DNA of 64,000 nucleotides from Polymyxa betae A26-41 (lineage: Eukaryota > Protista > Endomyxa: Phytomyxea), in assembly GCA_003693705.1 (NCBI GenBank), contig RBZT01000373.1, positions 1-64,000 on the forward strand, written 5' to 3'. Of this stretch, positions 1 through 11,987 are shown one piece after another. A program made the position numbers and the translations under genes. Each line of letters starts with the position of its first letter. Position 1 is the first letter of the stretch. Below the pieces are notes generated by a model. It saw only the letters and a program-made list of their open reading frames with translations. It was not told the DNA's origin and did not search any database.

Positions 1-4
1 ATTT

Positions 5-186
5 TATATACAAGAGGTTGATACAGTATGATGTATAGGGAGATATATTGTTACATTTAATTTACAAGAGGTACATTTGACATATAATAGGTAGATATAA
101 TGTATAGGGAGATATATTGTTACATTTGATATACAAGAGGTTGATATGATGTATAGGGAGATATATTGTTACATGTGATATACAAT
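5..186. repeat. Degenerate tandem repeat (core ATGTATAGGGAGATATATTGTTACAT x3, interspersed TACAAGAGG)
   Basis: The core occurs at about 31, 99 and 149. The repeat may extend beyond the window start. Confidence 0.85.
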
Positions 187-272
187 AGAAGGACGGACAG
201 GAGGGTCCCTCATCCCCTCTCTATTCATTACATACAAATCATGACCATCATCATCAGGTGTGCGTGTGTTTC

Positions 273-1862
273 ATGATCCAGATTATGACATCTACCACAA
301 TATCTCTGTTTCTCCATCTATTCCTCACTGCACTGGCTCCCATACAGATCCCAGCACTCACTATAACATCCGATTATATGGAACCCTTGGAGAATATCAC
401 CTCACCGCATGTCCTCAACACAGCCGTATTCGAGCCCTATGCTATTTCCGGGCCCATCGTACTGGCTCGCGACAATCCGGCCTCAATCGCGTTCTCGGTG
501 GTGATTGTATCTGAAGATGGTAGTCGTACTAGCCATAATGATATCATTCATTGGGCAGATCGATGTCTACATTCACATTGTGCTGCTATTATTGTACATC
601 GTAAATATCCATCTAGAGCAGCATATCCAGGTAGATTTGCCATTTATTTTAGAGAGATAACCGATGATATGATCCGTGTACCAATGGTTGAAGTTACTTG
701 TCAAGATGGAGATCAAATACTAGATTATTTGAGCAATGATCCAAATGCTATTGCTCATATACGTTCTGGTGATAGAAATCATGCATGGGACTTTTATACA
801 TCAGCTTCATCTCGAGTATATTTTATTATATTATCTGTGTCTAATCTATTTATGACATGTACTGTTATTGGGTGGTTATGGAAGGAGACACTGATTCCAG
901 CCCCTAAAGACTGTCATATTGTTACTTGGACGTTATTCTGTCTAGCTATGGCTAATCTATTCCAAATGATACACAATATACAACGAGGGTTTTTTGCCAT
1001 TATAGAACAGTTACCATTAAATGTCACACTATGGCTTCCACCTGCTTGTTCTTTCTGGTATGTACATATATATAGTCTCTATATCATCTTCTAATATTGT
1101 ATAATAAGTGTATTCTTAGCAGCTGTTTCAGTAACATTCTGTATGGTACGAGTTAATCTACATCTTCGTGGACGTCGTCCAACGATATGGACATCAACGA
1201 CATCATTAATTATATGTACTGTATTATTAATGGGTACATTGCTGGCATTAAAAGGCATCCCATTTCTATCTATACCTGCAATATTACAATCCAGAACAGC
1301 ATGCAAATGGTTCATCTGGATATCTATGATGGCTATAGGCGTTATATTGATCCTACACGCCTATCTCATACGTCGTACATTGAGTATGATTATCAAGACG
1401 ATAGATCGGTTCACAGACCGTCGTGTCGATGCTATTCAAGCGGAATTTGCACGAATATTATTCTGTGCTATAGCCATTACCATTCAATCATTGATTGGCA
1501 TTATACGAGGATGTCGAAATGTATACATGTGTGAGATTTATGACGGTCTACAAGATCTTGACATGACTGATGAAGGTAAATGCATCACATCACATACTAG
1601 TAACAGATAGATTGCTAATATCATATATTTAGTCTTGAGCTGGATCTCTGATATCTGCAATGTAATTAGTAGTGGATTTATGTCATGGACTGTTATCAGT
1701 AGATCATCGAGTGAAGATGATCTAGACTCTAATCCAGCACAGACATCACATATACAGACAGCTGCATTCATGATTCGACATTGTGATGATGACGATCAAG
1801 ATCGCATCTCACAGCTTCTCAGGCGTTTTCACATATTCAGGAGGTATGATCGATGCTCATAG
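273..1862 (+). CDS. Membrane protein: signal peptide, possible PA-like extracellular domain, several TM helices
   Basis: ORFs 258-1094, 1143-1610 and 1635-1862 can be joined by GT-AG introns (about 1058-1118 and 1576-1633). It has a hydrophobic N-terminus, a PA-like PMVEVTCQDGDQILDYL segment and multiple hydrophobic stretches. Confidence 0.55.
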
Positions 1863-1961
1863 AATAAAATCAGAAAATGTCTTGATTAATTTCTGAAATA
1901 AGTTGGTGATTATAATATGCTTGACGGACCTTCATTTTATATGTGCTTGTGTCTGATATAA

Positions 1962-3108
1962 ATGTCTTCGTTCAAACATGTTCCATACATTATCGGTATT
2001 GACGAAGCTGGACGTGGGCCTGTATTAGGACCTCTAGTATATGCTGCTGCATATTGTCCTGTATCACATCAATCTATGCTCCAAGAACTGGGATTTGATG
2101 GTCACCATCCAGGACTGCATCTGATCACGTTCTAATCTTTGATAGATTCTAAAGCACTTACTGCTGATGAACGTGACCGTCTACTGACATTAATAGATTC
2201 GTGCGATTTTATCGATTATGAGCTGGATGTGATCGATTCCTGGAAGATCTCATCTTCTATGCTTCATCATCACAAATATAATCTCAATCAAATGTCGCAT
2301 GATGCTGCAATGGGGCTTATAGATAAAGTCATATCCAAGGGTATTATTGTAGAGCAGGTATCCATTAATTTGATCTTGCCTCTATATTCAAGCGATTGGC
2401 TATGTTTCGTTCTTTTCATGTTTCAGAACTGTTCCGCCGGGTGCCATCTCAGTAATTTATGTTATTTCTAGATCTTTGTAGATACAGTTGGAGATCCGAA
2501 TACCTATCAGCAAAAGTTGTCTGTTAGATATCCAACAATAAAATGTACTGTAAGCAAGAAGGCTGATAGTTTATACCCGATTGTATCGGCTGCGTCCATC
2601 TGCGCCAAGGTATCTAGTTTATTGTATTGAATCTAGCTGGCTTGTCATCATATACACAGACACGTCGTGATGCAGTCATTGATGGATGGAGTTTCAAAGA
2701 AGAATCTGCAGATAATGCTTTTAATCGTGATTATGGTAGCGGATATCCATCAGGTCGTATTATTCCACGTTATCTTGTCTTCAATTCTTTGTTCATAATA
2801 GTTATCAGATCCACGAACGAAGGCTTGGCTTCAGGAACATTGCAGCAACGTATTTGGATTCCCAGATTTCGTTAGATTCAGTTGGTCGACATGTTCCTTA
2901 ATATTGAAAGACAGATGTCGTAAAGTATCATGGTTACAGAGCCTTAATTTAGAGAGATAGTTTATTTATTAATTGCAGGTGTGATGATGAAGATAAACAG
3001 CAAACTATTACTGATTGCTTCACCAAACGTAAGCCGGCTTCAAGTAAGAAGCGGAATGCATTTTTTCTGACAAGGAATATGTTGCCATTGGAATCCAGAA
3101 TTAGTTAA
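1962..3108 (+). CDS. RNASEH2A: Ribonuclease H2 catalytic subunit A
   Basis: [47 protein letters not shown] and FVRFSWST motifs across multiple exons. Confidence 0.95.
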
Positions 3109-3190
3109 ATTTTTTTTAATAAATGCAATGTATGATCAGCCCACTCTCATACAGAGAACTGCCGCTTATCAGATTAGAAACGAATACGAA

Positions 3191-3838
3191 TTACACTAGA
3201 TGAGAGTAGGCTTTAATTAAATGTTTTATTATAGTAGCATGTCCTGGCCCAAAGCTGTTCCTTCTAAATAGTGTCCTTGGTCCATTTAGTGGCTGCATTT
3301 CAGATGTCTTATGAGCTAGAAAAGCAGCATTATATGAGGAGCGTTCTGTACGAGCTACATGATTTAATACACGAATTATTAACAGAAACAGGATGAATGG
3401 TAAAGCTAATGCAGCTATGAGAATTCCCTGCATCACGTCAAGTACTACGAAAAACAGCCTAATTCAGTGTGACCTTATGCTGCAAATGATGGACCTGAAG
3501 AAAACCTTGAAGCAAGCGAGCGGTTAGACCCCAATGGCTGATGTAGAACCCAGTGGCAATCAGGCCCAAAGCCATCCATAATTCCATGATCAGTTCTATC
3601 GATTTGTTTCAAAAACAGATCTATAGAATACTTTGCCATATTCCATGGAACTTTTTCACGCATTTTAACATTGAAAACCTCCACAGATTTGCTTCAAGTA
3701 ACGTTTCAAAAGCATCGAACTTGATGTTGGTTTTCAGAACTGGATTTTGATTACCCAGTTTATAATAATCAAGTGTTCTGCGATTAAAAGATCATAAACA
3801 ACATAAGAAATGGTAGATATCTTAACTCGTTTATTCAT
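3191..3838 (-). CDS. Hypothetical small membrane protein; 5' end uncertain
   Basis: The last exon 3191-3436 has a TM helix. An upstream hydrophobic exon (ELWMALGLIATGFYISHW) is flanked by splice-like sites. Confidence 0.35.
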
Positions 3839-3902
3839 TCTCGCTCAACATCAATATTTAAGCGAATCTGATCGGGTACAAACCATTGATCATTATTGAA
3901 GA

Positions 3903-4303
3903 ATGAAAAACCTGGCTTATCGACAGAACCGAGTTTCTAAACGTCCTGATGCTAATGTTCAAGCACGTATTATTGAAGATACCCGATTAAGAGAAGCGAG
4001 TGAAGCAATGGCCTTGTCAGTTTCATAGTAATTACTACACAGGCTCTCAATTATTAACAAATTCGAATTAGAGATCGACGACTGGATGCTTGGGCGGTAT
4101 GGCAAGGAAATAATAAGGCATATCATCATAAACAGGAGACCAATAGAAAGCAGGCTATTGCACAAGAACTTCAATGTGCTAATCAGGAACTACTTCTAGT
4201 TCGACGTGCTAATTTACGAGACCTTTTAGAATCTGAACATGCCAAATTAGAACGTGAACTGAATGATATGGGCCTGGCTATTGTCAGAAATGATCTTCAT
4301 TGA
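3903..4303 (+). CDS. CFAP141: CFAP141/C1orf189-like ciliary microtubule inner protein
   Basis: Two exons, absent from the ORF track. The C-terminus ANQELLLVRRANLRDLLESEHAKLERELNDMGLAI resembles the family pattern VRRAALxxLxxxExxxxxxELNxMGxAF. Confidence 0.7.
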
Positions 4304-4459
4304 AAACAGAAGTATACAACAGATATCTGTAAATATATCACAGACGTTCGTCAATGGATATTAAACGCAACGATTTACATCAATCGTCTCGGCTGTCAAT
4401 CTTGCTAGAAAGAACATTAACACCATCGAGCTGATCTTAAATTAGGAAGAACGATGAAT

Positions 4460-4603
4460 GTCTATGATCGATATAGTTATAGGAGATTATAAGAGAGGTG
4501 ACCTCGCACCATTTATAATATTAGATCATACAGAGGTCTATGATAGATAGGAGTAGTTTATAAGAGTGGTGACCTTGCACTGATCGCATAATGGATCATA
4601 CAG
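4460..4603. repeat. Imperfect direct duplication of about 77 bp upstream of USE1
   Basis: TCTATGAT..TATAAGAG(A/T)GGTGACCT..GCAC..GATCATACAG occurs twice. Confidence 0.6.
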
Positions 4604-5711
4604 CAGCTGTTAACTTCATTCGTCTACTAGATCGATGTTATCATCAAGCGTTAGATCCGGATCAACATATACACCATCTATCAAATCTACATAAGGTATT
4701 GAGCGGATCTTAGGACCTCATTACCAATAGCACTGTTCATCCGATCTCTCGTTGTTTTCAGAAAAGTCTAGTTTGTTATCAAAATTACCATTTTCTTGTT
4801 TCAAATATGGTTATCTCTAGGGTTTTAGCAATTTATGTGAATGTACAGTCTGCATATATATTACGAGAACAAGCTGAGATTCTAAGTCAAACTGATGAAG
4901 GATTGGATTACCTTCAGAAGAACGAATGTCAAAGAAAACTTTCATTTCTTTATCAAACATTGGGTATATCTGATAATAGAACAACCTCACATCCTGCTTC
5001 TTTCACACAAGCTGAAAATAACGCACGTCTCAGTATGTTAAAAGCTAAACGATTTGAAATAACTCGTTCTAATAGAGGTTTCGTAGAATATCAAAATCAA
5101 GCTTTAGAGCAGCAGCGACGGATTCTATTTCAGAAAACAAAACCATTTGAAAATGACTCCGAAGAGATTTTACCAGAAAACCCTGCTGACAGCATGAAAA
5201 GGGTCCATGAGCGGAAATTGCCAAAACAGGAGCATAAACTGCAACAAAAACACCCTGAAAGCAAGCAAGAACGTCTAGAACACAATGTGCTCAGAAAAAG
5301 ATTGCAGAACCCTAAGAAACCTGATTTCAATTCAGATGCTGCTGTAACACCTGGTTCCATAGATGAAGAAAGAGCTCGTCATGAAGAAATCAGTGGAATG
5401 TTAATCAACTTATCACAAAGTCTCATCCATCGAGCAAAAGATATCGGCAAACATGTTCGTAATGATAATAAGGTATGAGAATATCTGTGTAGATGAGTAT
5501 ACTAGAAAGTAATTGTCAATAGATCCTTAATAATGTTGAAGGACAAAGTCGTACAGCAGTTGAAGAGATCGGAGATCAACATAAACATTTGAAGCGACAA
5601 CAACGAGAATCAGGATGGTGTGCTTTTGGGACATATTTCTTATTGATTCTCGTGGCTATTTCCTTTCTTATCACATATTTCATGGTCAAAATGTTCCCCA
5701 AGGCTAATTGA
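4591..5711 (+). CDS. USE1: ER Qc-SNARE Use1
   Basis: N-terminal VNFIRLLDRC, a SNARE helix (HEEISGMLINLSQSLIHRAKDIGKHVRNDNK) and a C-terminal TM tail. Three exons. Confidence 0.75.
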
Positions 5712-6737
5712 TATTGAACTTGATCCGGATTCATTGTAAGTTATAAACCTGAAGCTCGCGATGTCAGCTCTGGATCATCCACAATGTTATTGTACTGTTT
5801 GACAAGCATTGGGCTGTATCTTACTTACAGATGGCTGTCAGAATATCAAGTGAATCCTTTGGTGATCCTACCCATCCATGATGCCGTCTATCATTGCAAC
5901 GTTTAAAATTCTTAAAGAGCACATAGCTATATTTTAAAGCATGTGGACTTTCTAAGAAGACATCCATAAGTTATTATATTGTATGTCATACAAAGTGAAT
6001 TACTACGATGATGAAGTGATTTCTGACCGATAACAGAATCGGCGACCCGTGCTGTAATGCATTCAGAATTACTATGGAGAAAAAATTAATTATACAGGAT
6101 TAAGGATTGTGGCCTGATTGGGATCATATTTCTAGCCTGTATGATTTGATATTCATGATGTTTGATGAACGGTAATCTAATGCTTGGTCAAAGTATCTGC
6201 AACGACATTATAACAAGTTGGAATAGCTCGTAAATGCAACACATGATGTTCCTGCCATGACGCTTTTTATTCTGTTGCGTAAGGATTGCAAGCAACATTG
6301 CGGATCGTATTGGAGCTCTAAACGCCAGGCTGGCTTTAGTTATCTTCACCTTTACAATTATTCACGGCTGTTCGAGACTATGATTAGTATAACTTTCAAA
6401 TGAGGATCATGATTTCTGTTTGGGCATGATCAGCGGTTCTACTTTATCGGGCAGCGAAAAAGCTTGAAAATTTCATGGCCTCACGGTGACAAATACATGG
6501 ACCGTAGCTCTGACTATGAGCCGATGAAATCTCGACCTTTGGATCACAATAAGCAATGCTGATTGTGCATTCTAACATGTATGCAGGTGATCATGATTTC
6601 TGGATGTGACATTCAGATGTGATCATAACACTGTTTACATTGTTAAAGATGGATATTTAATAAAGACGCAATTTCTGATGCGTGTTGTAATGTTGTGATA
6701 GAGAAAGAGAGAGAGTCATTCTTATTATCAAGAGGCA

Positions 6738-7180
6738 ATGCTGTTCTGTGCTGAATGGTATTATATATCTAATGATGTTCTAGGATTATATCTAACATTA
6801 TAGGCAGTAATAACCTTCTCTATCCACATCAGGACAGACAACATCGTGCTCTCATGTATACCTGTAAGCATTGTCAACACTCGGAAGTAGCTTCTAGTAA
6901 TTGTGTCTATACTAATCATATAGCTACTAAACATACAAGGTATAATTGAATATCTTCATATCATGAATACATTAACTGACTATATTACTTCAGTTTCGCG
7001 ATCAACGGTGAAGTGACCCAAGATCCAACATTACCTCGAATGATGGATAAGCCATGTCCTAATTGTGGACATCATGAAGCTGTTTATATGACATCTGGTG
7101 CTGGAGCTAGAGATGATGCTATGAAACTTGTATTTGTGTGTTGTAATCGCGATTGTGGACATTGGTGGAGAGAAGCCTAA
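6738..7180 (+). CDS. RPB9: RNA polymerase II subunit RPB9
   Basis: MLFCAECNNLLYP...YTCKHC...DPTLPR...CPNCGHHEAV...MKLVFVCCNRDCGHWW. Two introns, absent from the ORF track. Confidence 0.93.
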
Positions 7181-7402
7181 TATTCATTCAATATCATATC
7201 TTTTACTTATTTATGAATAACATCTCTTATATTCCACAAATGTCATGTTCTTACCAACATGATATATCTAATTCCATCTTCCCTTTCTTCCACAATTCCA
7301 TATCTTTATATATTTAAATTTCATTGGCTTTTGATAATGGAATAGTTCCTTAAATATTAGTGGATTTTATCCAGATCACAGTCTGAATATCTGTATTTGA
7401 GT

Positions 7403-9394
7403 TTATAATCCATTATCATGATCAGTAATATCATTCAATATTCTGTTAATAAGTTCTTTCTGTTTGCTTGATATTGTTTCAGGTTGGAATGTACAAACCT
7501 GTTTATGTGCTTTCTCAACATCTTTCACTAATCGATCTTTACTGATTTGTCTCTTTAATGTCGATGTTCTGAAACTAAATGGTTTCATAACTGTCGTATT
7601 ACCAACTCGATATTTATCAGCATGTTTAACACGAAATGCATCCTGTTCACGCTGAGCTTTCTCTTCTTTCTGTTTCTCACACAGCTGCTTTAACTCCAAG
7701 AATCTATTCAGTCCACGAACTACGACAATCTCTGAGAGTAAAAGTTAAACGGTAACCCTAGACCCCTAAACCCTAGCTCAAACCTGTCCCCGATTGTACT
7801 TCCCCATTAACTGCCGGTGTAAATGAACATTCTTTGAGCTGTTCCCTTTCAAGTGCCTTTCTAGCCGCTTCCAATTTCGCCTCCTATATGATAATCAGTA
7901 TTTTAGGATAATGATGTTTGATCTCCCCAATTCTAGGTCGTACCGGACCTTGCTGGCTGTATATTGCTGTATACGTTTAGACATAACTACTGGATCTGAG
8001 AATGTATATAATCCTTGTGATGATTGTGCTATTGCAGATAATTGTGGTTTAAATGAACATTCAGCACGTCTCTTCTCTTCTATCTCTATTCTCATCTTAT
8101 GTCGAGCTTCTCGTGCTCGATCATTACTTAATCGATCATCAATATTCTCGGAACGTGAACCAGCTAATACACGAGATCGACGATTGATTTTGGGAGCGAA
8201 TTCGAACTGCGAGTAGAACTGTTCACGAATCTGCTCCTGTTGGGTCAGTACGGTCACTGAATGATTGATGTCTTCCTCCATACCTGATTCTGTTTCTGAT
8301 TACGCCGTTCAGAATCAACTTTTGACATTCGAACGAAGGGATCGTGATCATTGCGACCATGTGGTGTATTTCTTAGGATAACATCTGCATTATTGGTTGT
8401 TGGACGATGTGAAGATGGAGATTGTTGACGTTGTAATAATGAAGTCTGTCGCTGCTCCTAATATTATAATAAATCAATAAATATGATCATATAATCAAGT
8501 GAATTGTTACCATAAATGTCATCTGCCTTTGTACAAAATCAACAGGTAATCTATTAGATATTTGTAATTGATGAACAAGACGTCTACTAATATCATTGAT
8601 CTCAGGACGAAACCTTAATTCATCATCATAGTCAGAAGATGTAGCTGGAGTTCGTGGTCGTGGTGGTACTGCCCCCATCTATCATGTTAGTAATATCAAT
8701 ATATCTGTCGCTATCAACAATGGTCTGATTGCCTACAACCTGTTCCTGACGTCGCCGTCGTCTCATTAACTGCACTGATGTCCTATTCATCTCAGGACGG
8801 AAGGTCAATTCAGCACTGGCTTCGTGGTCGTACTGGGCCTTCAGCATCTCACGTTTATAGATAGCTTCACGTTGTAGTTCATTGGTTCTTTGATAGATTG
8901 GTGCTCGATGTTCCAATAATGCACGAGATCGTCTATTGATATTTGGTCGAAATCTGCATTTGATGAATAAATGGAATGATTTGAGAGATATGAACATACG
9001 TGAACTGTGTTTGATCTAGACGTGATTTTTGTTGTCGTCTGGCTTCTATCTCTGCTTTACTTTCAATCTGACGTCTTAATAATCTTTCATGTACAGGTTC
9101 ATCACTAGTTATAGTACATGATGTATTCGCATCTAATTGAGGACGAAATGTACATTGCGACATCAGTCTCTCTTCATTACAACGACGAAGTTCTTCGCGA
9201 CGTTCCATTATAGCACGACGTTCTGCCTCCCATCTTTGTAATCGATTTGTGATCTTATTCGATATAGCTTTAGCAGGTTCTGTCCAGGCTTGTTTGGGTG
9301 CTGATGGTTTTGAAGCAATTAGCTGAACACAAGCATCAATATCCCGTTCTAGATCATCTAATGATTGTACAGAATCTGCATCAACTTCTGTCAT
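7403..9394 (-). CDS. Coiled-coil protein with repeated (C/L)xFxPxI/L motifs, probably microtubule- or cilium-associated
   Basis: About nine FxP motifs (e.g. CTFRPQL, FRPNIN, LTFRPEMN, FAPKIN, CSFKPQL, CTFQPET) across exons joined by GT-AG introns. Confidence 0.7.
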
Positions 9395-9447
9395 ATTATA
9401 ACGATGATATCTGTGACGAATGCAACAAGATTGAATGACATGGAAGA

Positions 9448-11079
9448 CTATGAAGAATGTGATTGTTTCATTTTAATACTGAGAAGATGATCAATTTGTT
9501 GTTGCAAACGGGATGTAGTATCTAAATGTGTTTGTAGAAGATGATAATATTTTGTAGTCCAAATATGAATATGATGTTGAATATCATCATATACATAATG
9601 ATCATGAATATCACGATTATTTGATATATATCCTATCATATCACTTAATTGTCGCTCTCTATCATATCGTAAATCACGTTCAGCATGTAAATCACGATAT
9701 ATTTCTTGACATATCTCTCGACTTGTATCTAATTCATATTGTAATGCAGCAATACCAATCAGATCTGCTTCTGCATCTGTCTGTATTTGTTCATCTCTAT
9801 ATCTATCTAGATCTTCATCTCCTGAATTACAATGTAATACAGACATCGTTGGCCTTAGAATATCAGTAATAAGAGATGTAGATGCAGACTGATATTGTAA
9901 TACAGGTTGATCTCTATGATATATCCATTGTATATCAATATCGCATATATAAATATATTGAATACCAATAGAACATATCCAGTTCAATGTTCCAGGTATA
10001 TGTATAACATCCAGAATACGTTCATGATCAATACGATCATGTTTAGTACGAGATCGTATACGTCCTGTATCTCTATCTCCAATATGAATATGTCCACTTC
10101 TATCTATAATATATACTTGACATCTGTATGAACGTATTCGTGTGATCCATACTCCTAATTGTATAACAGCTAATCTAGATACATCTGCACATCTCCATAT
10201 AGATATACATCCATCTGATGATCCAGACCATATCTGTCCAGTACTATCTATATACAATAAACATGTACATGATCGTGCTCCTGGACCTGATATTAGACCT
10301 CGATAGTTCCCAGATCGAGTCCAGATACGAATCCCTTCTTGAGTCCCAGCCCAGAGGTCGTACTGGGCCAGGTCGATACACAAGCATTTGATCCAGGTTA
10401 GACCTGATGTCATAGTTCGTAATGGAACTCCATTCATATCACGTTGAATAAGTTTCCTAGAAACAAATCAATACAAAATACTCTTTAGATGATCCAAATC
10501 TGATAAATGATAAAGCAATAATGAGAGAACTCACCAATCATCAGCAGCTGTCCATATATATTCGGGTTCACATGCTATACAGGTAATACTGGCCCGATGT
10601 CCATGTTTGATCTGAGTAGATGGTGTAGATGGTGATATATTGTATGGTAGATGATGTATAGCTCCATTAGCACGTCCAATCCATATTCTATGATGATATA
10701 CATCATTACATATACAAGTAATAGGTATAGTAGCATGTTCTTCTATATGTATAATATGAATGATACATGATGTCTCTATACATCGAATATGTATAGTAGA
10801 ATCTACTAATATCAACCATATATATGATCCTCCTATCTCACAATATCGAATTCGTTTCTCAATGAATATCTCACCAGGTTCACGATTGATCTCACCACAT
10901 TCTTTAACTAATAAATCATCATCTGTGCATGCATTAGTCAGCAATAACTCCTGCTGCTGCTGCTGAGATTTTGTTGATGTCGTCGACGCCTTCCGCAACG
11001 ATGAACGATTTCCTGAACGTGACCTGACTTTAGACATAACATATACTGGTACAGAACATTGATCTGATAAACATGACAT
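9448..11079 (-). CDS. WD40-repeat protein with C-terminal coiled coil
   Basis: HGHRASITCIACEPEYIWTAADD, LWAGTQEGIRIW and IWSGSSDGCISIW. Intron at about 10459-10534. Confidence 0.7.
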
Positions 11080-11122
11080 TTACATAGAACGTGGGAACGA
11101 CTAAGTACGATCCTGGAGATGT

Positions 11123-11738
11123 TTACTGTTGATGAAGTAGACATTGTTGATATTGATGAATAAGATGTGAACATTGATGTCCCTGTGTCTCTTGATAACA
11201 TTGAAGAATATTTAAACGTAGATGTGCACATTGATGTGATTTGGATCTATTAAGAGCATTATCATGATCAACATCACCATCTTCTACATGATACTTTCTC
11301 AATGTATCTGATACTATATCTGATACCTCTCTTAATTTAATATCTTCATCATCCAGACCTTCAGCCTTCTCTTGCATAACATCAACCGGCTTCTCTTGTA
11401 TCACATCAACCGGCTCTGTCTTGTTAGCAAGATCAGAGACCTGATCATGATCTGAAATCTCACCGATTTCCTCCTTAGCAATAGATTCTAATGTCTGATC
11501 AATATGATCATGGTCATGATCATCACGATCATGAATATCAGGTATAGCTGATGTAATAGTTGATTGCATAGCTTGACGACGTTGCTGTATTCGCTGTCTA
11601 CGTTTGACCAAAGCACGGATCAGCTCTGGATCCACCTAATCGTTATAATCAGTATCTGTGTATTCATATAAACATACAAGTACTAACTCGGATGCCATCT
11701 TGATCCTGTTGATCATGTTGAGATTGACCTGAGCCCAT
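11123..11738 (-). CDS. MIC19: MICOS subunit Mic19/CHCHD3-like
   Basis: An extra first exon gives MGSGQS (myristoylation motif) then [12 protein letters not shown], a charged middle region and a C-terminal CX9C-X8-CX9C. Confidence 0.7.
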
Positions 11739-11987
11739 CAACACCCTATCAATTACCTGTATGATTCAGATTTCAAATATTTATTACACTTCGTACTTTA
11801 TATGCCAATAAGCGCAACATTTTCCAATACACACAAAATCCCTTCTCCTTCTCCTTTTGCGTTTCTGTCTCATTATGTAAATCGTGAATTGTACGTACAG
11901 TATGAAATAAAATAGTTCGTATTTGCTAGACGATTGGATTGCAAGAGCGGTAATAATTGGATAACAATGAATAATTGTATAAATGTA

